From a virus (lineage: Duplodnaviria > Caudoviricetes): DNA of 30,946 nucleotides. Both the position numbers and the translations under genes were made by a program. Positions 24,883 to 30,946 of the stretch are shown piece by piece. The stretch lies in IMG/VR virus record IMGVR_UViG_3300025103_000097, positions 1 through 30,946 of that record, one strand, 5' to 3'. Within the stretch, counting starts at the first letter, position 1, and each line of letters opens with the position of its first letter. The notes beneath the pieces are model-generated. The model did no database searches and was not told the origin of the DNA. It saw only the letters and a list, made by a program, of their open reading frames with translations.

Positions 24883-24907
24883 AATATCTATTAGGGAGAT
24901 ATAGAAT

Positions 24908-26680
24908 ATGTCCAATGTAATTATGGAAATGACCAAAGAGTATAGCCCTGTTAATCAGAATGCTAGACTTGGCGGTATTATGGATAAGTGGGATCGTACT
25001 GGCCTACTGAAGGGATTGAACGAAGACAAGTCACAAGTCATCGCTCAGCTTCTTGAGAACCAGGCAGTCGAACTCCGCAATCAGATGTTGAATGAGGAAA
25101 GTCAGACAGCCGGTGTTGCCGGTTATAACAAGATCGCTTTCCCTCTAGTTCGTAGAGTTTTTGGTCAGTTGCTAGCCTCTGAGCTTGTTGCTGTTCAGCC
25201 TATGTCACTACCCAGTGGCCTCTTGTTTTTCCTCGACTTCAAGTTCGATAGAAATCATGGTGGTGCTACTTCTGGTGGTAGTGTTTATGGTAACCTACAG
25301 AACGGTGGCGCCAATAACAATGCATTGTTGCAGGGTGTTGGTGACGCTGTTGCTTCGGGTGGTTTGTATAACTTCGCAACCGCGGGTTATTCACGTAGAT
25401 CTTTTATTCTTTCAACCGCAGCTCCTAGCTATTCAGGCGTAACAACCACTTCTGATCTTTTGGGTGGCGTAACTGTTTCGGGTTATAACTTCCCGATGTC
25501 TAGTTCCGCAGCCACAGATATGGGTGTTCCTATGGAGTTCCGTGTAGCTACCTCTGGTGAGGCTCGTGCCGACCAGTCAGCTGCAGATTCCGAATCTTTC
25601 CGTAGCCTTCGTGCTGTTCCTAGCTTGACTGCTACGCAGTTCTTTGGTGTTATTGACCCAAGTCTTACGACCGTCACGGGCACCAATGTTCAGATTTTTA
25701 TGAATGTTTGTGGTCCATCCGATACTCCAATGGGTCCAGATCAATCGTGGAATGCTAATAGTAGCTCACTGACTGCAGCTCTTCTTGTTGGTCCAGCAAT
25801 GACCAATATGAGTTCTGCTAGTAACGCTGCCGATGGTAGTAACTTGCTAGGTGATTTTGAGTCCACTTCAGCTATTCCCGAAATTAACATCGCAGTATCT
25901 AGTGTCCCAGTTCAGGCCGTTACACGTAAGTTGAAGGCTACTTGGACACCTGAGTTGGCACAGGACATCAACGCATATCATGCTATTGATGCTGAGGTTG
26001 AGTTGACCACAATCCTGTCTGACATTATTGCTACCGAAGTTGATCGTGAAATCCTCGGCTCACTACTTGCCGGTGCAACCGTAAAGGCTGCATGGTCACG
26101 TTCTGTTGGTCGTTACGTAACGGCTGGTTCTGATGGTAACAGCATTGCAAACATCAGTGATCCTGGCGGTTATTCTGTCAATAAGGGCTTCACAGGTACA
26201 CAGCAGGATTGGTATCAGACGCTAGCGGAAACGATCATTACTGTTTCCAATGAGATTCACAAGCGTAACTTGCGTAGTGGCGCTAACTGGATGGTAACAT
26301 CCCCCGATGTTGCTACCATCATTGAGGCTATTGCTTACTTCAAGCCCAATGCTACTTTCGATCCTACCGAGGTTCAGTACTCGCTAGGTGTTGAAAAGAT
26401 TGGTACTCTTACCAACAGATTCACTGTCTACAAAGATCCTTACTTCCCAGTAGATAAGATTCTTGTCGGTTACAAGGGTCCAGGCTTCCTAGACGCTGGT
26501 TATGTATACGCACCTTATGTACCACTGGTCTTCACCCCAACCATCTTTGAGCCAAACGACTTCACGCCTCGTAAGGGCGCGATGACCCGTTACGCACATC
26601 AGATGGTTCGTCCAGAGTATTATGGTCGCATTCAGGTTGCAGATCTTGGCGTTATTGGCGCACCTGCTTCGGTTGGGTAA
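24908..26680 (+). CDS. Major capsid protein (T4 gp23-like)
   Basis: KWDRTGLL, LLENQ, PLVRR, VQPMSLPSGLLF, TRKLKATWTPELAQDI.A.H.IDAE.EL, YAPYVPL and FTPRKGAMTRY motifs. Confidence 0.97.
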   Translation: MSNVIMEMTKEYSPVNQNARLGGIMDKWDRTGLLKGLNEDKSQVIAQLLENQAVELRNQMLNEESQTAGVAGYNKIAFPLVRRVFGQLLASELVAVQPMSLPSGLLFFLDFKFDRNHGGATSGGSVYGNLQNGGANNNALLQGVGDAVASGGLYNFATAGYSRRSFILSTAAPSYSGVTTTSDLLGGVTVSGYNFPMSSSAATDMGVPMEFRVATSGEARADQSAADSESFRSLRAVPSLTATQFFGVIDPSLTTVTGTNVQIFMNVCGPSDTPMGPDQSWNANSSSLTAALLVGPAMTNMSSASNAADGSNLLGDFESTSAIPEINIAVSSVPVQAVTRKLKATWTPELAQDINAYHAIDAEVELTTILSDIIATEVDREILGSLLAGATVKAAWSRSVGRYVTAGSDGNSIANISDPGGYSVNKGFTGTQQDWYQTLAETIITVSNEIHKRNLRSGANWMVTSPDVATIIEAIAYFKPNATFDPTEVQYSLGVEKIGTLTNRFTVYKDPYFPVDKILVGYKGPGFLDAGYVYAPYVPLVFTPTIFEPNDFTPRKGAMTRYAHQMVRPEYYGRIQVADLGVIGAPASVG

Positions 26681-26724
26681 TCAACTGATAGCGGAGAACA
26701 AGTAAGTAAATAAGTAAAGTTAAG

Positions 26725-26763
26725 AGGTGGTTGGCCAGATACGGCCAGCCACCTTTTTCTTTG
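26725..26763 (+). terminator. Rho-independent terminator after MCP
   Basis: AGGTGGTTGGCC-AGATAC-GGCCAGCCACCT followed by TTTTCTTT. Confidence 0.9.
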
Positions 26764-26820
26764 CTGTAGTTTATATATCAACGCTTTTGTATTACAATCA
26801 TATAAGCTGGAGGCAATAAA

Positions 26821-28038
26821 ATGAGTATGATGATTCAATTATTCAAGCCCCTATCAACTGGGCAGAGTAGTACTTATTATCATCAGTTATGTAAGAAAGA
26901 GGTATCCCCTTCTTTTCTTATAAACGAGTATGGTGTAAAAGGCGCTCTTATTCCGCTTATATCATGGAATAATATTTGGCACACAAGAATAGCAGGCGAG
27001 ATAGCGGCTCAGATATATGAAGATGGAAAACTTATTATCAGCCCTACTGCAAGAACAACCTTTAATTTATCGTACCCAAGACATAAATTGGAAGCTTATC
27101 GGAAGACATATCAACGAGCTTGGAGTACAATGCCTATTAAAAGTAACAAGAGCTTTTCTCATCTGGTTGGGGCATGTGCTCTAGATGCTATTACTAACAC
27201 TTACACACTCAAAAATATTGAAACTCTACGAAAGATAACTGATCACTTAGTCAACGATGGATGTTTTATAGAGGGTAGTCATTATTCTTTGTACTGCTCT
27301 GATGCATATGATAGAGTATTGCCGTTGCTTGAAAACTTTTATGAAAATGATGGTCATTGGGTTGCTGTAAAGAAAAAGATGGAGTTACTATCTGTATGGC
27401 AGAGTAATATTACATCTTCTGATGGTGTGGTTGCATCTATTGGTGATAGTTGGTATGAGAAAACAAATACATCATCAGACGTTGGAACTTTTCATTATGA
27501 CGATATGACGATTAAAAGAACATCAAATGGTTGGTTGTTAGTATCTAATCATAGAAAGACTGGATTTGCCTTACATGAACATGGTCACGCTGATGAGGTG
27601 CTAGTAGCCAAGGATGACGAGTGGATCATTCAAGGATCTGGAATGCCAAGCTATAAACAGGTTATGGCAAAACCATGGCGATGGCGCCGACCCCGTAACC
27701 ATTTCCTTTCTGAAAGTAAGTGGGACTTTTATAGTTTGTGGCGATTCAGAAAAAACTCAGTGATTACTCGTAGTGCTGATGAGGAAAATGGCAATGTGAT
27801 TATTAAAGACATAGGCGCGAAGGTGGTAAGGTTTCCACTGAGCGATACGTGTAAGTGGACCCATACTGGTGATACAGTATTTTTTGAATATAATGGTTAT
27901 AGATTTGTGACGAAAGGAAACGTGAAGAATGTCAAAGAAGATTATGCTTGGCAGTCTGGTGGGTATAGAGTAGAAAAGAAAATAAAAGTATTGAGAATAA
28001 AGGGAACTGACTTAACAACTACTATTCAACAAAAATGA
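26821..28038 (+). CDS. Heparinase II/III-like polysaccharide lyase family protein
   Basis: DGCFIEGSHY, IGDSW and HEHGHAD motifs in the expected order; GGAGG RBS. Confidence 0.65.
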   Translation: MSMMIQLFKPLSTGQSSTYYHQLCKKEVSPSFLINEYGVKGALIPLISWNNIWHTRIAGEIAAQIYEDGKLIISPTARTTFNLSYPRHKLEAYRKTYQRAWSTMPIKSNKSFSHLVGACALDAITNTYTLKNIETLRKITDHLVNDGCFIEGSHYSLYCSDAYDRVLPLLENFYENDGHWVAVKKKMELLSVWQSNITSSDGVVASIGDSWYEKTNTSSDVGTFHYDDMTIKRTSNGWLLVSNHRKTGFALHEHGHADEVLVAKDDEWIIQGSGMPSYKQVMAKPWRWRRPRNHFLSESKWDFYSLWRFRKNSVITRSADEENGNVIIKDIGAKVVRFPLSDTCKWTHTGDTVFFEYNGYRFVTKGNVKNVKEDYAWQSGGYRVEKKIKVLRIKGTDLTTTIQQK

Positions 28039-28045
28039 GGTTGCT

Positions 28046-28627
28046 ATGAACTTGAAGTATGACTTAGATGTACATGAATATTTTGTAGACCCAGTACGAA
28101 GCACTAAGAATGAAAACCTAATTCAACTTAGGATAGGTATTGACTGGTATAAGAGTTTGTGGAACAAAGGAAAGAGAGATACCGTGATTCAGATCGGTCC
28201 TGTTTTAGGTACTTATGGTTATTGTGAAAATCAAACTATTGATATGGTAGAATCTAAGGATACAGTGCCAAAAGAATATGCTGTTGGATCTGGTGAAGTA
28301 AATTATGTAAATATTAAAGAGTTTGATTTTAGCGGTAAGGATGTTATTTCATTAGATGCTTTTAATAGCACACATTATGAGCCTGATATTTTTGATCATG
28401 TTATCTCACAAGCATACTCTTATCTAATTACTTTTACTCCTAACTCTAATACTGCCTTAGATTCTCATGTAAAATCTGATTTATCTAAATATGATTGGCA
28501 TGGCTGGCAAAGATTGAATGATGATGGGTGGGACTACACCGCTCAAGATGAAGGAGTGTGGGAAAAGCAGCCAAATTCGCCATTTCCCTCTGCAAATGGG
28601 ATAATTTTGCTTCAAAAAAGCTTTTAA
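28046..28627 (+). CDS. Hypothetical protein, possible divergent SAM-methyltransferase-like fold
   Basis: VIQIG.V..Y and FDFSGKDVIS segments loosely fit a Rossmann-type methyltransferase; weak. Confidence 0.45.
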   Translation: MNLKYDLDVHEYFVDPVRSTKNENLIQLRIGIDWYKSLWNKGKRDTVIQIGPVLGTYGYCENQTIDMVESKDTVPKEYAVGSGEVNYVNIKEFDFSGKDVISLDAFNSTHYEPDIFDHVISQAYSYLITFTPNSNTALDSHVKSDLSKYDWHGWQRLNDDGWDYTAQDEGVWEKQPNSPFPSANGIILLQKSF

Positions 28628-28668
28628 AAACAACCACTTATGGTGGTAAAAAAAGATTAAAAAAAGCC

Positions 28669-28697
28669 TTGACAAAACCTCTAGATTTTCGTATATT
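28669..28697 (+). promoter_or_regulatory. Sigma70-type (early) promoter
   Basis: TTGACA-17 bp-TATATT with an A-rich UP-like element upstream. Confidence 0.85.
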
Positions 28698-28744
28698 ATA
28701 GTATAAGAAATTTTAGAGGTTTTACTTTTTGAAAGGTTTTTTAA

Positions 28745-29371
28745 ATGCCACTTACTAAAGAAGATGGTTATAGAATAAGAGCTGAAAACGCAGGGCCGCG
28801 TGAAAAAGAAATATGCGAAAAGCATAATCTAAATCAAATTGGTGGTAGTCGAACAAAGATTGATGGTAGTGATGGCGTAAACAATAAGAGTATTAAAAAT
28901 GCTAGTGGCTCAAGTACACAAGTTCATCTTACTACTCAAAAAAAGTTTATTGAACAAATGGGACTCCAATCTTGTGAATCTGAATTTATTCGCAAGTTTT
29001 GTGGTGATTCATCAATAAACAGTAATGGGGTGGATAGGTACAATACTTCAGAAATAGATTCTTTTATCGTTGATGGGTTTTTTAATTTTTTGAAAAACAA
29101 TACGATAAAAGTTGTTGACTATGTTGTGCGTAATGGGTTTGATATAACTCATGTTATTTATAAGGATACCAAAAACGATATAGAATATGAGTTAACTTAT
29201 AAAGAAATAATAGAAAAAATTGAAGGTTGTAATTGGGTGATAAAAAAAGGTGGAGTACATTTAAAAAATAAAGAAGGTAAAACCTATTTCCATCTGCAGC
29301 GCGAAGGAAAGAGAAATCCAAAAAACAGATATAATGTTTTATGGCATATACATAAGGGGCTTTTCAAGTGA
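28745..29371 (+). CDS. Putative PD-(D/E)xK endonuclease (type II restriction enzyme-like)
   Basis: TKIDG...KSIKN....TQVH and FHLQREG resemble the KxD...SxK...Q and LQRKG motifs of HinP1I/MspI-like enzymes; coupled to a methyltransferase. Confidence 0.55.
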   Translation: MPLTKEDGYRIRAENAGPREKEICEKHNLNQIGGSRTKIDGSDGVNNKSIKNASGSSTQVHLTTQKKFIEQMGLQSCESEFIRKFCGDSSINSNGVDRYNTSEIDSFIVDGFFNFLKNNTIKVVDYVVRNGFDITHVIYKDTKNDIEYELTYKEIIEKIEGCNWVIKKGGVHLKNKEGKTYFHLQREGKRNPKNRYNVLWHIHKGLFK

Positions 29372-30102
29372 ATAAAATTATTAATAAAGATTGTTTAGAA
29401 GGGATGCGACAATTAGATAGTGACTCTATTGATTGTATTGTTACATCTCCCCCTTATAATAAAAAAGGTTTACTTGGAAAGGTGTCAAAGGGCAATCAAA
29501 TTTGGAATAAATTTGAAATTGATTATAGTTCTTATAATGATGATATGCCTGATTCACATTATCAGAAATGGATGACAGAAGTTTTAAATGAGATGACCAG
29601 AATAATCAAGCCCGATGGTAGCATTTTTTTTAATCATAAACCTCGTAGGCATAAAAATAGAAGTTTATTACCTACAGATTTTATATCAAAATCTGAGGCT
29701 AACTTATATCAATTGATTATCTGGGATCGCCGCAGTTCACCAAATATTAGGGCAGATATATTGGTACCTTGTACAGAGCATATTTATTGGCTTTGCAAAC
29801 AAAAACCTAAAGTGTATCGCGATCAAGTTGATAAAGAATATAAAGGTGAAGTATGGAATATAACCGTAAAAAAACAACAAGATCATCCGGCGCCTTTTCC
29901 TTATCAGTTAGTAAAAAATTGTATATTACTTTCTACTCAAAAAAATGACATAATTTTAGACCCTTTTATGGGGAGTGGAACAACCGCCTTGGTTGCACAG
30001 GATTTTGATAGGCGATGGATGGGGTTTGAAGTGGATAAAGAGTATATAGAAATAACTAGATCTAAATTAAGGAGAAATAATGTCAACATCACCATACCTT
30101 AA
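29368..30102 (+). CDS. DNA methyltransferase, beta class (N4-C/N6-A; SPPY suggests m4C)
   Basis: VTSPPYN motif IV, HPAPFP, then ILDPFMGSGTT motif I. Confidence 0.93.
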   Translation: MNKIINKDCLEGMRQLDSDSIDCIVTSPPYNKKGLLGKVSKGNQIWNKFEIDYSSYNDDMPDSHYQKWMTEVLNEMTRIIKPDGSIFFNHKPRRHKNRSLLPTDFISKSEANLYQLIIWDRRSSPNIRADILVPCTEHIYWLCKQKPKVYRDQVDKEYKGEVWNITVKKQQDHPAPFPYQLVKNCILLSTQKNDIILDPFMGSGTTALVAQDFDRRWMGFEVDKEYIEITRSKLRRNNVNITIP

Positions 30103-30883
30103 CAAAGACGATCTTGATAGATTCTATACTAAATCTTCTGTAGTGGATAAACTTTTAAACGAAATCACACTAGAAGATTATGATGTAGTAGTAGAACCCT
30201 CAGCAGGTACAGGTAGTTGGTCTTCTAAAATAGATGATTGCGTTGCCATAGATATATCGCCTGAACATCCCGATATAACGAAGGGCAATTTTTTAGAAGA
30301 CGATTTTCTTTTTAATAAGATGAAAGAAGAAAACAAGATTCTAGTTATTGGTAATCCACCATTTGGAAGAATAGGTAATAAGGCTATTAAGTTTATCAAT
30401 AAGGCTGCAGAGTTTGCTGACACCATAGCGTTCATTCTTCCTAGATCTTTTCGTAAGGAATCTCTTCAACGAAGGGTGCACAAAAACCTGTGGCTTATTA
30501 AAGATATAGACTTATTTGAAGAAGCTTGTTTTATTTTTAAAGGTGAAGACTACTTTGCTCCTTGTGTTTTTCAAGTATGGGAACGAAGAGAAGAAGAGAG
30601 AGATGTTAGTGTAAAAAAAATAGAGCCTGTTGGTTTTTCATATGTAAAAAGAGATAGTGCTAACTTAGTAATTCGTAGAGTAGGTGGTGCAGCAGGTACC
30701 GCCTATACGGATAAAATTGAGGAACGAAACATTCCAGCTAATTATTTTTTATGGGTGGATAATCCTCAAGAGGTTGCTGATTCTATTAATAAACATAAAT
30801 TTAAGATTCACGATACGGTTGGGCCGGAGAGCCTAACCAAAGGTGAATTAACTATTTTCATAAATAGCTTGACAAACCCTTAA
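30080..30883 (+). CDS. DNA N6-adenine methyltransferase, gamma class
   Basis: RFYT motif X, VVEPSAGTGSW motif I, VIGNPPFG motif IV, IAFILP. Confidence 0.88.
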   Translation: MSTSPYLNKDDLDRFYTKSSVVDKLLNEITLEDYDVVVEPSAGTGSWSSKIDDCVAIDISPEHPDITKGNFLEDDFLFNKMKEENKILVIGNPPFGRIGNKAIKFINKAAEFADTIAFILPRSFRKESLQRRVHKNLWLIKDIDLFEEACFIFKGEDYFAPCVFQVWERREEERDVSVKKIEPVGFSYVKRDSANLVIRRVGGAAGTAYTDKIEERNIPANYFLWVDNPQEVADSINKHKFKIHDTVGPESLTKGELTIFINSLTNP

Positions 30884-30897
30884 TAATTTAGTATATT
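30869..30897 (+). promoter_or_regulatory. Sigma70-type (early) promoter
   Basis: TTGACA-17 bp-TATATT, followed by GGAGG and a TTG start at 30922. Confidence 0.85.
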
Positions 30898-30921
30898 ATA
30901 GTATAGAATTGGAGGCACATT

Positions 30922-30946
30922 TTGGGACCAGAAGACCAGTGGAAAA
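30922..30946 (+). CDS. Start of a gene truncated by the window end
   Basis: GGAGG at 30911-30915; TTG GGA CCA GAA GAC CAG TGG AAA is open to the end. Confidence 0.4.

Noticed and set aside
15374-25442. Alternate-frame plus-strand ORFs inside portal, scaffold and MCP (including poly-Met ones)
   Set aside because: Frame-shifted readings of GAT/GAC-rich acidic tracts and conserved genes.
28633-28647. Small hairpin ACCAC-TTATG-GTGGT
   Set aside because: Only 5 bp with no plus-strand U-tract; too weak to call a terminator.
1-30946. Stop-codon recoding, introns/inteins, CRISPR array
   Set aside because: Core genes are intact in the standard code and end in TAA, TAG or TGA. TerL, portal and MCP are uninterrupted, and no regularly spaced repeats were seen.

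Overview
This 31-kb AT-rich window comes from a large T4-related (gp17/gp20/gp21/gp22/gp23-type) dsDNA phage. All credible genes lie on the + strand and use the standard genetic code. It holds the head-morphogenesis region: terminase large subunit, portal, prohead protease, scaffold, major capsid protein and a gp68-like core protein. It also carries two translation components: a complete, compact tmRNA (tag AEETTEYALAA) and a ribosomal protein bS21 gene. Other recognisable genes are a glycosyltransferase, a stand-alone WYL protein, a heparinase II/III-like protein, and an endonuclease plus two methyltransferases bracketed by near-identical sigma70 promoters. The most striking pattern is that at least 14 otherwise unrelated proteins share an N-terminal leader, M-K-L-x-[DE/x]-[VIL]-[VIL]-(x)-E. 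It resembles the T4 capsid-targeting sequence and ends in a gp21-type protease site. Two of these proteins are enzyme folds (a zeta-toxin-like P-loop kinase and a pterin-4a-carbinolamine dehydratase). This suggests a large set of virion-packaged, protease-matured cargo proteins. A repeated intergenic YATATTTATW motif is the candidate late promoter. Family assignments come from recognising motifs by eye; no database search was run.
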